DNA of 63,027 bases, counting the filler, from Choristocarpus tenellus KU-1152 (Eukaryota > Protista > Phaeophyceae): the NCBI GenBank assembly GCA_964200185.2. It is 13 parts of 13 records of this genome, joined end to end, with 100 filler letters (N's around TTAATTAATTAA, not from the genome) between each part and the next. Parts side by side here need not be neighbours in the genome. Positions count along the whole stretch, not along the records: positions 1 to 2,523 come from CAXNAD020027088.1; positions 2,624 to 5,829 come from CAXNAD020021548.1; positions 5,930 to 11,731 come from CAXNAD020009718.1; positions 11,832 to 16,352 come from CAXNAD020014177.1; 9 more parts are not named here. One strand, given 5' to 3'. Each line of letters begins with the position of its first letter. Position 1 is the stretch's first letter. Shown here in pieces: positions 1 through 13,084 of this stretch. The notes under the pieces are model-generated. The model ran no database searches. It worked only from the letters and a program-made list of their open reading frames with translations, and had not been told where the DNA came from. A program made the translations under genes and the position numbers.

Positions 1-127
1 TTTTTTTTTGGTGTGATTTGGTCACACGTGTTGGATTTGAAATGTCAGAAAAAAAAAAAAGAGTTTGACCGAAATGGATGCCCCCTCACAAACCACCCCT
101 CCCCCCCCCCCTCAGATACTTTGACCC
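1..127. mobile_element. Right part of MITE family 2 (poly-C + CAGATACTTTGACCC terminus), cut by window/contig start
   Basis: Closely matches the internal sequence and right end of the full copy at 11561-11724 (GGATTTGAAATGTCAG...CCCCCTCACAAACC). Confidence 0.75.
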
Positions 128-542
128 ATTTGCAGTCGTAATACCTTTTACCCTTCCACAACGCACAGGCCATACATAGGCAGGGTACGTCTGGGGTCCG
201 GGAAAAAATGTTAAGATTTGTGGTTGGTGTAGCAGAGGGTGAACATTGTTAGTGAAATTCGATTGCTAAGGAGGGACAGTGTTCACTATGTGTTCATTAT
301 GTGTTCACTATGACGTATGTAGTCCTGTATGTCAATCGTCTGACCGATGGTTGCCGGAATTTCGAAGGCAAGCGCGGAAGCAATGTACCCTGTAAATATG
401 TGGTATGGGTATGATCAGCGTATGTTCCAGGAACTACGGTTCCGATTTTTTATTTATTATTGAATGGTTTTATAAACCAAATGCTTGAGGTATGTACGAA
501 GATTTAGTATCTCTTGGTCGATACCATTTGTAACCCAAGTTT

Positions 543-615
543 GCCCGGGTGGTCTAGTTGTTAAGTCTCCTCTTTAGGGTAGAGGAGATCGCGAGTTCAA
601 GTCTCGCCTCGGATC
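543..615 (+). tRNA. tRNA-Pro(AGG)-like sequence; possibly a pseudogene or tRNA-derived SINE head
   Basis: Anticodon arm CCTCT-TTAGGGT-AGAGG (569-585), variable loop AGATC, T arm GCGAG-TTCAAGT-CTCGC (591-607). Acceptor stem GCCCGGG/CTCGGAT has one mismatch. A box TGGTCTAG present, but the D-loop lacks the invariant GG. T5 run at 622-626. Confidence 0.6.
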
Positions 616-2069
616 TACACGTTTTTCATCTGTACCCTTGTGGTTTTTCTCCGTTTATTCATGCGTCTATCATTTTTGTCAGGACGTAGGTACCTACGTT
701 GGTTGTCATATGGCATTCGAATGCCGACGGTTCCTTCCGCATGCCTAACCCGTCCCACAATTATCTGATTGTCCATGTTGGCTATCCGAACCAGATCTAA
801 CATACTCTTAACACCTCCGAACTGCATCCACTTTGGGTCTTACCTCTCCATATCTTCCAACTGGACCGGCTCTTATCTTTTTTTTTTTAGCTGTCTGAAC
901 CATGTCCACAAGGGATAGTATCAGTCCATCTCCACCAGTCTGTGTATAAGTTTGTCTGAGATGTCCAGGCCATCCCTAGCTCGTATTGTACTAGGCTATC
1001 CCACAGACCATACAGATACACTCCTGGACCATTCCGACTCAAACAGACTTGTTTTCTGTTTTTTGGGTCATTTCTCACCAATGATGTGTCCAAAATTGTC
1101 GGAATTGAAGTTTTATTGTGCATATTCATACTTATATCATTAGTTTTTGTACCACTTGCTTGGATACGTGTGACTGAAAAAACAAGAATAAGAATATTTT
1201 TCCTCTCTAATTGCCCCCCCCCCCCATCTGAATTTTATTTTAACTTTTTGTTCCGTATCGTTGAAGAAGAAATATATATACAAAAGCTACGTGCGCTGAT
1301 AAGATTATGAAGGCGTGTCGTGTGCGTATCCGTCACGAGAACTTTAAAAAAAAGGTTTTCTTGCATTGTAATCATTAGTTTTCATTCATTTGAGTGAGTA
1401 CTGTTCGACTCTTGATGAGGGAGCTCTGTCTTCAGGTCTTCTTCTTCTTCTTCTTCTTCTTTACATGACATGACATGACATGACATGACATGACATGCAT
1501 GCATGTGAAGGTCACAGATGCCGCAATGGTAATATTTGAAACGAATTGCTTCGAGCTCACAAATAATTAAAGACGCTCATAGATAAACAAGAGCGTGGAG
1601 ATAGAAGCCCTCCGAACCATGGGGGGGGGGGGACCTATATCTGGTGTTTTCTATTTACATAGCACATTCAGAAGATCAAACTGGCTGATTAAAATTCAAG
1701 TCTACAAACGATCCAAGCAATTACCTCCCCCCCCCTCCGCTCATTCCTCGAGGAGCTCCAAACCTGGGTGCAGGTAATTTTTTTCTTTTTTTAGTTTGAG
1801 AGGGGCGTGAAGAAGGGTGAAGGGTTTCCGTTGGGTGGTCGGTGGCATACAGGCTGTTGTTCCCTTTTGTTGTTGCTGCCGTTGTTGCTGCCGTTGTTTC
1901 AAGGTTTTGAATCACCGGAGTGGGCCACGCTCCTCAGTCACTGTTCTCGAAATGGGATGTTGTATCTCTCTGTTGAACGCCTCTCAGGTGTAGTAACCCT
2001 AACATTATTCGTTCGCAGCTGCTTGGAGTGTGTAGAGAGAAGGGAGAGGAGGCACCTTGTAAAAAAGGA

Positions 2070-2100
<31 letters not shown>

Positions 2101-2523
2101 AGAAATAGAAATAAAAGCCTCCGGTGGTGGCGGTGGTGGGGTCTCTCGCCAGCCGAGAACGCGTTATTGTCTCGTGCGTTTCGTGCGCGTTCCGATCGTC
2201 ATGCGATACTATACAAATCGAAGTTTGTTTTATTTTATTTTGTTTTTTTCAGCTCGGCTGTATGAGTTTTTCATTGACTCCCCCCCCAAAAAAATAAATA
2301 AATAAATAATGCTTTGCTGGATTGTAATTCGGTATTTGTTCTGAGGGGGTATGGGGTTCTGTATGGGGGAGGAGCTGCTCTCTTTGTGAGTTGTCTTGTT
2401 TTGTCCTCCTTGATTTTTTTTTTCTTTATGTGCATATATACTCGGTGGGTACATAAATATATATATATTTCATATTACAGCTTTTTTTTTTTGGGGGGGG
2501 GGTGGGGGGGGGGGCTATCCTTT

Positions 2524-2623
2524 NNNNNNNNNNNNNNNNNNNNNNNNNNNNNNNNNNNNNNNNNNNNTTAATTAATTAANNNNNNNNNNNNNNNNNNNNN
2601 NNNNNNNNNNNNNNNNNNNNNNN
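2524..2623. other. Assembly linker (N44-TTAATTAATTAA-N44). Similar linkers at 5830-5929, 11732-11831, 16353-16452, 24195-24293, 32488-32587, 35091-35190, 38584-38683, 41892-41990, 49203-49302, 54867-54966, 60347-60446
   Basis: The same six-frame stop cassette is embedded in N runs 12 times; this is a standard contig-joining spacer. Confidence 0.98.
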
Positions 2624-2823
2624 GATGTTGCTCTTGATATCATGTATCCTTTCTATTCCTTGATGCACTGATGCACTGATGCACTGATGCCTCCATGTCT
2701 TTATATCTCGACATCTTGCTGTATGTATGATACCTAACTATACATGCGTGTGCGTATAAACATGTATCTATCTATCTATATATCAATCTATTTATATATC
2801 TATTTATATATATATGCAAGGAG

Positions 2824-3196
2824 GCAAAAGTACTGGAAGAGATATAGGCAAATATATAGGCGAAGATATGAGCAAAGATATGAGCAAAGATACAGGAAAG
2901 CACCTGGGCAAAGATGTAGGCAAAGATATGGGGAAAGATACAGGAAAATATATAAGCATCACCATCGTTATCACCATTGGTATCACCATCGGTATGGTGG
3001 TGATCGTGATCAGTATCCCTTGAGCTCCCCAGCACTGTCGGCGGTTTCATGGAGTATACTACTACATACACGTAAGATACTATAAATTCTTCTGTACAGT
3101 ATCCCTGCAGTATCAGTACCTGTATCGGTATCACCACTGGTTTCATCACCGGTATCACCGTCGTTATGGTGATGTTCATGATCAGTATCAGTATCG
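2824..3196. repeat. Low-complexity degenerate 12-bp (CAAAGATATGAG-like) and 6-bp (ATCACC/GTATCA-like) tandem repeats
   Basis: Visible periodicity; it explains the repetitive ORFs in the track. Confidence 0.75.
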
Positions 3197-4054
3197 TTAA
3201 GGTGTAGAACCTCCCCCCTCCCCAGATACTTTAAGTCGTTTGCTGGTGTTGTCATCTTTTCCGCACGGACTCTCTAAGCATGATATCAAGCCCTACTAGT
3301 AGAACGCTGATGATCGGCTACTTTGCGTGGTCGTAGAAGTAATTTTGGTGTTTCTGGTCCCCTTATTTGGATATGTACTTTAATTAATGTGTAATATATA
3401 TGTATGCATGTATATGGGCCAGCAAACATGCACACACTTGAGTATTGCGCAATACGGAATGTTGACCTATTTACGTTGGACAATATTACAATACTATGGT
3501 GGTGTTCGATGTGATACCAAGACCAAATGGAATCACTGTAGTTTGGGCATTTCCTAAATTATTGTTTATTCGAATGATGGAATGTCTAGCGTAAAGATAG
3601 GAGATTCTTTGTAAGTTGTGAAGAAATTTCTGAGAGTAATTTTCCAGGAGGTGCACCAAATCTTCCGATTTATTAGAGTTGTTGCTGTAGTTGACTTAAA
3701 GGTCAAAGCACATACTGTTAGACATTAAACAAAGTGACTGTGCGGTGCACTAGAGCAAGTCGAGGGACTTTAGATGATAAAATACATGAACACATCTGTT
3801 CATCTGGACTAGGTTTGTACAAAGCTTCTCAATAGACTTGCTTTTGGTCAAGAACCTCGTCACTTTCCAAGTCATCTATTGTATGATTGGTTACTAACTG
3901 AATGTTTCACTATCTTGAAGGTATATGTAGGGAAGGACACCTACCCCTCAGGTGGTTCAGGTGCATAGCACTACTGTCGTTGGACTCATGTACCTTTCAG
4001 ACTGACAAAATGAACAATTTGGAGTAACTGCTAATATTTATTATATTTGGCAAT

Positions 4055-4310
4055 GAATGAAAGTATCTTAGAGGGTAAGAGTTTTGCCCTGTTTGTCCAT
4101 TCGGGGCTTGGCTTCCCTCGGGTTTTTTTTGACATTTTCCCACTCCAAATAATTTCGGAGTAGGTAAAATGCATACGTTATGAAAAGGTGTCCGGAACAA
4201 GGATATTGACACTTCCTAACAAACACGATAGCCAAAATTACATCGAAATTGCAACATTGGATTTTGCCCCCCAAATGGACGCGGCTCTACCCTCTAAGAT
4301 ACGTTGGCTC
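4055..4310 (-). mobile_element. MITE family 1 copy (~256 bp)
   Basis: TIRs GAATGAAAGTATCTTAGAGGGTA ... TACCCTCTAAGATACGTTGGCTC; internal sequence is shared with 8 other copies in the window. Confidence 0.9.
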
Positions 4311-4620
4311 CAATTTCCTGATCTGAATCCCGCACAATGTTGTTTTCGCTGATGGTGTTGACATCCCAAGACAACAATACCAAGCTCTTACTCCTGAAGA
4401 TGGCTATTCCTGCATTCTTTGAATTACCACTACACTTGGTATTATTATAGAAACATAAGAATGACAACCCATTGTTGCAACAAGTTTGAGCAGCCCCAGA
4501 GGTCATCAGTATAACCCACGGTATAATGGAAGGGATGAAGTATTGCCAATATTTTTGGAATCACAGTGCATGCACTCAAAATGTTTGATCCTCCGAGGAT
4601 ACTCTATAGAACTGATTGTA
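4311..4620 (-). mobile_element. Degenerate Ty1/Copia-like pre-integrase/integrase remnant abutting the MITE
   Basis: Broken minus-strand frames give ECMHC, YTDDLWG and IVRDSDQ, resembling Copia CxxC, YTDLxG and LRSDxG motifs. Confidence 0.3.
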
Positions 4621-6797
4621 TATTCTGAGAGTTTCTGCTTTGGACACATTTCAGTCATAAACCAGGTACACCCTGCACACCCCTTGAGAAGCCAAATTGC
4701 CTCATGTCCACTCTTCTTTCACTTCCTTTAGGTATTACCAACTCCCATTCCCACAGCAAACACTTTGGAGATGACAGTGTGCGGCTGTGTCAAGTAACCT
4801 TTTCTTCAAAATGATCAAACCAGTTACATACGTGGCTATGGGTAGGTGTGAGGGTACCCCATCAATCGTTTTTGCACCATTACCGAATCCCCCCAAAAGC
4901 ACATAGTCATGCACACAGCCCAAGTCATTATTTATTCATTTACAACAGTGCGCAACATCAAAGCTGTCTACAAACACGTATGTGCTCCAAGTATATACGC
5001 ATGCTTTATGCCCTTGATGATCAAGAACTCAACACAGCAAGCAATAGTCAAACATACAAAGCATTCCTCCGCCACATTTCCAGAAGCCAACACACACACA
5101 CACCTCCTCCAGGAGTCACACACACACTACACCACTAAAAGATATATTTCACAGCACAACTATGTGCTGACCATTTGTTCCTCTCTAGATTGTACAAAAC
5201 GCCATCAAAAGCAGTTGATAGCCCCTGGAGTACTATTCTCCTTGTCCACTTCGCCACCTTGTGCTATTGCAGCTCCTGCTACCCCCTCTTCAACCAACCC
5301 TCCTAGGCTGCCAACATTACCACTACTACTGCTGTTGCTGGGTTGCCGCTGGGCCTCTGCCCACTGCTTGGACAGCTCCTGCTTACAGGCAGTTGGGAGT
5401 TAGGAAAAAAACAAAAACGGAATGCATACATTTAGCAACGAGGTGTCGGTTCAATGGAATATATATTTGTATTGTGGGTAAACCATTTGAAACATTTTGA
5501 AACACACCGGGGAAGAAAGTATGCAAGTGGTGAGAGTCGGTGGAATGGTATGCCTACAATAGAAACCATTGACATTGAGACGTACCACGCCCATAACAAC
5601 AATTTAGGCCCTGGGAAACTATACCACATTGGGCATATTTGGAAATCAACACTGTACCTTTTAATGTCATACCAATCCACCGATATCCCAGCACATTGTC
5701 GGCGGGAATCTTGATTGGTCCCACTAAAAAAAAAGTGTTGATTTTCCAGATACATTTACCTCCACGGGACGCACTGATGACGACCAAATTCAGGCAAGAA
5801 ATTGATTTACCCAAAATATCTGGGGGGGGNNNNNNNNNNNNNNNNNNNNNNNNNNNNNNNNNNNNNNNNNNNNTTAATTAATTAANNNNNNNNNNNNNNN
5901 NNNNNNNNNNNNNNNNNNNNNNNNNNNNNAAAAGCCCCCTGGGGGACGCCCCCCCCCCCCCCCAGATACTTCCCATTATCAGTGTAGAAAATCGTGGGGT
6001 TTGTGGTGAAGGCTACAACAAGTTCACAATACGAATGCTTCCCGCTATGGAAAGAGTACATACATGGCTGGTGGGATGTACTCATGGTGTACTTGATAGT
6101 ATGGCTAATCCTTGATGGTATAACAAAAAAGAAACCTTTCGATGTACCTAACCCTAACCCTAAACCCTTCTTTTTTCCCGTACTAACCCTAACCTGGACT
6201 AATCTGCAAGAGAGGATGTTGAGATACTGGGTAGCATTTACATGATAAGAGTGCTGACTTTAACAAGTGTGTCAAACCTATTGGGTCTTATGGTTCAAAC
6301 CTCACCCTCAACCACTTGCCCCTTCCTGTCCCTATGTTCTTCCTGCCCAATTAGTAGACGAGCAGTGATTCCTCCTTGTCAAGAGTCCCTAATAATCCCT
6401 CCATACCAAACCTTGGAATATATTAATGTCTTTTGACCCCGCTAACCCCGAGCTCCACTGCATCAGCCTGTCCTCCCCATCTTCCCCCTTCTCTCCCCAC
6501 CTTCATATCTTTTCTCAGCTAAGTGGTCATTGTTCAGCATCCCCCGTTCCAGATCATTCTGCCTTTCTATTTGTTTCTTGCATGCAGTTCTCTATGGTGT
6601 ACACTATCTCTGTAGTATCTTATTACTTTTCTTCAGGTAGTTTTTTGTTCGGGATTTTTTAATGATATTTGTACTATAGACCACCTTCCAGGAGTTTGGC
6701 CTCTTAAACCTCACTCCTTGCCATTTTCTTCTTTTCCCCCCACTCACCTGTATCTCCTGGCTCTCTAACACTTCCTGATCCTGTTGTGCAATTCCAG

Positions 6798-9700
6798 GAC
6801 TACATTCCAGTGAATTCGGTGGAAGAGTCTTCTCTCAAGATCAAGGAACTTACCCCAGGCCTCAGGGTCCTTGGGTTTATGCATGCATCAGATGTCCCAC
6901 GACATTACCATATGGGTGAAACCCATGTACTGTTGCCTGAACCAGGCAGTGGACAGGCGTGCCGTGCTCTTTCTAGCCTCACAAAAGCTATGAGGAAATT
7001 GAATAAGGTGTGTAAGTTTGTGTCTATGTATGTCTGTATGTGCCTGTGGTACAGAGAATGTCCCATTGTTAGGAGATGATAGGCTAGAGTTGTAGCATGG
7101 ACACGAGAATGCTAGAAATGCAGGTTTTATTTTTAAGACAAGGGTCTATGTGACAGGTGAATGTTGTATCCATATTCTGTTGCTTGTTATTATAGATTGG
7201 GGAGCACACTTGGAGTCTTGTATTATTATTAAGGTACAATGTTGCAAATCTCATTGTCATCATTATTTTTCATGCTGTAAATCTGTAAAGCTACACGAAA
7301 AAGGAGACAACATGATGGACTTCTCAGTATGTTTATGTGTGTGTATGTAAAGAGTGCCAGGTGAACCGTTGGATAGTAATAACACTTGCCATAATGATGA
7401 AATTTACAGTACTTTATTAAGTCATGAAGTTCTTGGAAGATTGCAATCGAAAGAATTAGGTTGTCCATCCAAAGTATCGTCTAGCTGGCATCCTTCGAGT
7501 ATTGTAGTCGATACTATGAAGTCTAAGGGGTAGGGTTAGGGTTAGACCTAGCAAAGTTCCTCATGCATCACCTACACACAATGTAACATGTAAGATGTCC
7601 TTTTTGGAGTGTGTCCAAGATCAGTTTTTGAATACCCCAAAGGTACCGTTTCTAGCTAATGCCAAGAGAGGGATTGTTCCGCATTTTGTTTTTGTGACCA
7701 TCAGAAACAGAGAATGGTGAACTTTACTGTCACAGGATGCAAGCTGATCAATTGGCACAGTTCTCACTATGTTCCCTTTAAGTTGCCAACCAGAAGGAGT
7801 AATGCAGGGAACACATCACCGTCAACTTTTTGGGAGTCTCTTTCCACCCTCGTCTTGGAGACAACTCTCAGAACACTTCAGCGAGGTACTTCAAGGCAGC
7901 AATGTACCATTCCTTAAGTGTACCTGCGCTGTCTGATACATAGTATGAATCACATGTAAATACCATTCCTTATGTGACATCCCTCTTTCTGATCATCCTC
8001 ACTGCTGTTTCGTTTGATTTGTCCACTTAAGATGGTATTAGTACGGCTGGTGAAGAGGGCAGGGGCTGATCCATCATTGTGCTTCCTTTACCCAGACAAC
8101 ACAGGGGTGGTGGACTATGATCGATTGCTCTTGCAGTTTCTACCTTTCAGTGAGGATCTGAGAGACTACAGCTTCCCTTCCTTCAAGAAGGTAGATAAAA
8201 CGAATGTGTGCAGAAGTTGTTAGTCAAGGTGCTGTTGCTGCAATATTTGCTTCAATATTTCGACTGTGTAGCTATTATGATCTTCGTGCTGTGGCACTCT
8301 AGAGCTCCAACTTTTGCCCACTGCTGTAGGCATACATACCCCTGCTATGATGTCAATGATGTATGAGGTCCTCTTGTGAGGCACTGAATTGTTCTGGCTC
8401 GGATAATGCTCAAATGGTAATGTTACATTGCTTGAAATAGTCAGGGCTATTGCTCACTGTTCTTCCATTTCAAGTGAAGCAGTGTACAATCAGTTTCATT
8501 TTGGGGTGTGTTACTTACGTTTCATCTCCATCCTTTGTTGATTGGCAATGTGTCAAAACACTGTTTGAGGTCTCAGGTGGTAAGGATTGGTGGATGGGTA
8601 CTGCTGAGGCTGTTGTCAGATAGCTCTCTCCTCTTTGCATCCTATCAAGGACATGTCAACCTTGCACAAGCACTAGATTACTGCTCCGTGTGATTCAACA
8701 GGACTGTGACAGACCAAAAAACGAGTACTCAATCCGAAAAGTATTACAAGATTCAAACTCGGCATTCTCCCCAATCACAGGAATATGGAGTTTATCAGGT
8801 CTTAAGTATATTTATTCACGAATTTTCCTTTGAAAATGCCTCAGGCACCTCCAAACCGTGTGCCATCAACAGAGCAACACAATGCCACTCTGCGTCTTGT
8901 GGAGGCCATGACTGAAACTCATGGAGGGGCAGAGAGGAAGAAAGACCTGCGATCAGGTCTGGTGCTTAACCCTGTTATTCAGATCGTGAACAGGTGAAGC
9001 ACCTTTGTTAGGTGGAGGATGGTGGACGAGGTTGATGGGATACACAGGACTTCTTTCACTGTCGGGGCAATGATTTTATTTTAAGTATTGAGATGCCAAG
9101 TAGTAGCTATTGATGGTCAAAGCACCTCTCTCCAATACTGCAATGTTTCATAACTATTTGGAGCTCTAGAAATATTTCTCAAGAGCTCTCCTGTACTCAG
9201 AATTCATCTTCCCTTATCTGTTGAGATAGCCCCAACTCATTTGTCCAGGATTCATGGACACAAGAACTGTTTAATTAGTGACTTCTGCCTCCACTTTCTG
9301 CAGGTGATTGATTACATGAGAATGGGATAGGTCTTGCCTCAGTTTTGACGACATCCCAATCTTTGCCCATCATGATCCTACTTGCCAGTATGTTGTTGTC
9401 CAGGATTTGCCTTGTCTTGTACCTGTAAGCATATTCTTCTCACATCTCTTCTTTTTTCCTCATCATTGCATAGACCATGCAAGGAAAACCCTAAATGCTT
9501 AGCTTGCATTTGAGTGGGGAATTGCTGAGTTTGTTGCTCAAGGTCAAAATGGGACTAGAGGTCTGAGTAACTGGTCCAAATATATTGTATCTCTTTGTTG
9601 TTGCCTGTATGCTTAATTGCCATCAACTCATCAAAAACAGAGTAGATTAAGTATAGAGTTGACCATGGCCAGCTTTGTGGATTGCTAGCCTAAAGGGAGA

Positions 9701-10986
9701 TAGTTTTGAGAAGCACGCATTGATCAATCACTTTGTTATATATATATCTTTTGAGTTGAAGGTGCATTGATCCCTCTGAGCAACCCCTCAAAGTCATTCT
9801 AACCCTTATTTCCCACTTTGTCCACCGGGGGGCGTTGGTAGGGCAAAGGTTGCACGTGCTATGGATCCAGGATGTTCCCTTCCTGAGACCCCGGCAAGCC
9901 TCCTGGTGGGTTTCAGCAGACTGTAGAGACTTGTAATTGTACAACAGAGTAGTAAACAAGAATCACAACACCATGGTCGACCTGCCTCTTACCTGAGACA
10001 TTAGTAATGGGTTAGCAGATTTTGGGCATAGTCGTCACTATTGAAGAGTGCCCTTGCTTTAAGGCATTAGAACTAGTAGACGCCCTTGATTCGTTTTTCT
10101 ATGTTCGATGCTGCAAAATAGAAAGTGTGTGAATTATGAAGCCTATAATGACTTCAAAATAGGTATTCCCGATTTCTCCCATGGGACTATCTGGTAAGAG
10201 GATAGTGTTGCTTCTTGTTCCTTATAAATACTCAAGTGGTTCATCGCAATATATTAGAGTATGTAACACCGGTTGGGTCTATAGTACATCATCTGTTTTG
10301 TTTTGTTTTTGGCTGATATATGACTTTTTGAAAGTACAGGATGTGTGGTTTGTGTAAGGGCATAATAGCACCCTTATCTCCAACAAGGAGAGACAGGTAG
10401 CCCTTACCACTATTTGAATGCCATACGAGTGTTAGATCTCAAGTGATTATGATGCCTATTCAATACATAACCACTGCTACTGACCAAACTTCTTCCCGCC
10501 TGATTTCTTCATTCAGGCTTCAATATCCCCCAGTACAGCACTGGTGAAGGGTGCATCGGATGCAATCAAAGTGAGAAATGCCTGAATATTTGCAGTTTCA
10601 TTTAGGTGTTAGGGGCAACTACTTTAGTGGCCTCTGATTTGATCTGAGTACCGAAGCAGAAGGTACTACAAAGTTTCACTCACCCATAGAAGAACGCATG
10701 GTCGCCCCCCCCTCTCCTCCCCCACTCATTCCCATAAACAAGTCCACCACACATTCTAGAGAAATAGTTTATGCGTAACTCTTCAAAACACATTTCAAAA
10801 CACATTTCAAAACACATTTCAAAACACATTGGAAACTGCGGCGACATCTCGCTTAAGAAAGGCCCACGTTTTTCACCCAGGACTACTTGGGAGTGTTTTC
10901 TTTCGAAAAGCAAGAAAAGGTCAAGGGGAAGAAGAGAATCACCTTCTTCAGTGACATCACCCTGCCCGGCGCAGAACAAGAGGAGG
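6798..10986 (+). CDS. KU80: Ku80 (XRCC5-like) NHEJ DNA-end-binding protein, internal part. Exons 6798-7007, 8032-8190, 8845-8993, 9842-9905, 10517-10570, 10881-~10986
   Basis: Phase-consistent GT-AG exons translate to DYIPVNSVEESSLK..LRVLGF..HMG..ALSSLTKAM / MVLVRLVKRAGADP..QFLPFSEDLRDYSFPS / PSTEQHNATLRLVEAM..NPVIQ / KVARAMDPGCSLP / ASISPSTALVKGASDAIK / DYLGVFSFEK. This is collinear with Ku80 core motifs (ALSSLI.A, QLPFMEDLRQY.F, PT..Q..A...LI..M, NP..Q). Confidence 0.88.
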
Positions 10987-11560
10987 GTGGGCAGGGGTGA
11001 GGGGAGGTTGTGATACACTATTTATATTTTTTCACTCTTCTTTAGCCAATATTGTATTTGTTCCTCATTATATGCAGTCTGTGGTGCCTTTTAATAAGTT
11101 AACTGCCTTAGTTGTGGAAAAACTCGTCTGACCCAACAAAGGGAGTGCATTTTGGTGTCTAAATTATTTTAGTAGAATCCCAAATCAATACCCAACATCC
11201 CCATGCTGCCCTTATGCCGAAAACCCTAACCCTACATATTTTCTCCAATTTTTTTTTTTGGTGAGGGGTGAGGAAACTCGGTTGACAGGTGGATTCGTCT
11301 TGCCTCATGTGTCAGTGAGAAAGAAACCTTGCATATGCTTTTGAATGGCACAGTAGTCACTTACTCTGAATACATATGTTTCTATGGGAAATATTTTTTT
11401 CATGAAGATGTGAGAACTCTGTCTCAAAGGTATGGACTCTCTCACATGACTTGTATCTTGTAGTGTGAGCTGCAGGGCTGGGGCAAGAATTATAGAGAAG
11501 TTTTATGATCATAATCGCAACAAGAAAATCAGATGATAGGACAAAAAAATGTTTACATAT

Positions 11561-11724
11561 GGGTCAAAGTATCTGGGGGGGGGTATCGGCGTCCGTTTTT
11601 CACCCTTTTTTCGATTTTCACTTTTTTGGCACGTGTCGGATTTGAAATGTCAGCAAAAAAAGAGTTGTTTGACCAAAACGGACGCCCCCTCACAAACCCC
11701 CCCCCCCCCAAGATAATTTGGCCC
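11561..11724. mobile_element. MITE family 2, full-length (~164 bp), TIR GGGTCAAAGTATCTGGGGGG.../...CCCCCCAAGATAATTTGGCCC
   Basis: Imperfect inverted termini. Related ends at 1-127, ~3211-3237, ~5808-5829, 5930-5972, 11832-11919, ~32628-32660, 49146-49202, 62935-63027. Confidence 0.75.
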
Positions 11725-12922
11725 TTGATACNNNNNNNNNNNNNNNNNNNNNNNNNNNNNNNNNNNNNNNNNNNNTTAATTAATTAANNNNNNNNNNNNN
11801 NNNNNNNNNNNNNNNNNNNNNNNNNNNNNNNGTATGCAACCAAATCACCCAAAAAATCGCGAAATGAAAAAATTGACCCCAAATGGACAGCCGCCACACC
11901 CCCCAGAAACTTTGAGCCCCTCTTCATTTCGTAATGATCCTTTGCTCAATACACACTAAGGTAGGTATCTATAGCACGTCCTTCAGAACCACTTGACTAA
12001 AGGCCCTCATTGGCTCCTTCAACAAATTGTATTATATTTCCTATTGCTTTGATGTCGGGGTTGCCTCCATCCTTCAGTACATACCCTTGGTGAGAAGTTG
12101 CTTGGAGGTATCATTCCATCTGGCCACTTTGTCACACGTTCCCCTCCTAGATAGAGTTACAATAGTTCCACAAATAATTCTACTTTAAGCATTACTAGCA
12201 CTGCTATATTCTAGGCCTGCTTTTCTAACGTCTCATACTGTTTGTTGTACTGTGAAGTGCATGGCTCCTCATTATCGTTCTTGATCAGTTGAATTTGGGG
12301 TAAAGTTGAAGAAGCGACATCTCACTTAAAATAACTTCGTTGTCCAAATCATGCTTTATGGTGGGATGTGAGAATACGTACATAATGACTAGTAGAACGG
12401 CCACCTTCCTTGTAGCTGGATATTGAAGGCTGAGGTTAACACACAGCACACCTCCAGAAAACGTGCCTCACAGAGATTTCATTCTGCCTGATTAGCTGTA
12501 GATCTCGTAAGGATGGGTGCCAAAAAATTCCTTTTTGGGAGTCGGAAGATGTAAGCATATTCTAGCCATTTAAGAATCTAAGGATATAATCAAATCTAGA
12601 TTTGAGTCTGATAAAGAATTTTTAAGCAATAATTTACTCAAGTCTAAAGTCCTTCAATATCAGTTTGAAATGATCTATATTTTAAATGTATTCGATAAAC
12701 CACTATTTCAGTATTTCCGGTTTCTAGCTTTAAAGTATTTTTTAAAATAAACGGTGATTTATTCATTACTAATATCCCAAGTTTCTAATGAAGTCTATAA
12801 TAATTTGTTAATCAAAAATGAAAAACTGCAGAAAAAAAAGGGGCAACCACGTGATAGCTTGTCTGCTCATGCAAATGCATAGCTACAACCACTTTAAACG
12901 GTGCCATAACACCTGATAGCAT

Positions 12923-13016
12923 AACGTCGATGTTATCATCTACTTCTCGGTATACTCAACATAATGCAAAGTTAGTCCTTGTTTTTCCAACTGCATTAAA
13001 TGGCGATATGCCTTAC
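12923..13016 (-). pseudogene. prfB: Decayed fragment of bacterial peptide chain release factor 2 (Rickettsiales-like)
   Basis: Minus strand reads ISPFNAVGKTRTNFALC*VYREVDDNIDV. It has the RF2 SPF motif followed by T.FA..WVY.E.DD. Most differences from rickettsial-type ISPFNAAGKRMTSFASSWVYPEIDD (recalled) are single-base changes, including TGG>TGA. Confidence 0.75.
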
Positions 13017-13084
13017 GGTTGGTTAAAACTGATATACTTGATGCTTGTAATAGATTATTTGTTATCAGCTATGTGCAATAAGAT

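Noticed and set aside
2568-2579. Recurrent TTAATTAATTAA as a biological motif
   Set aside because: Always centred in N runs; it is a synthetic linker.
2744-3255. Several repetitive ORFs
   Set aside because: They arise from 6/12-bp repeats open in many frames; no domain or splice support.
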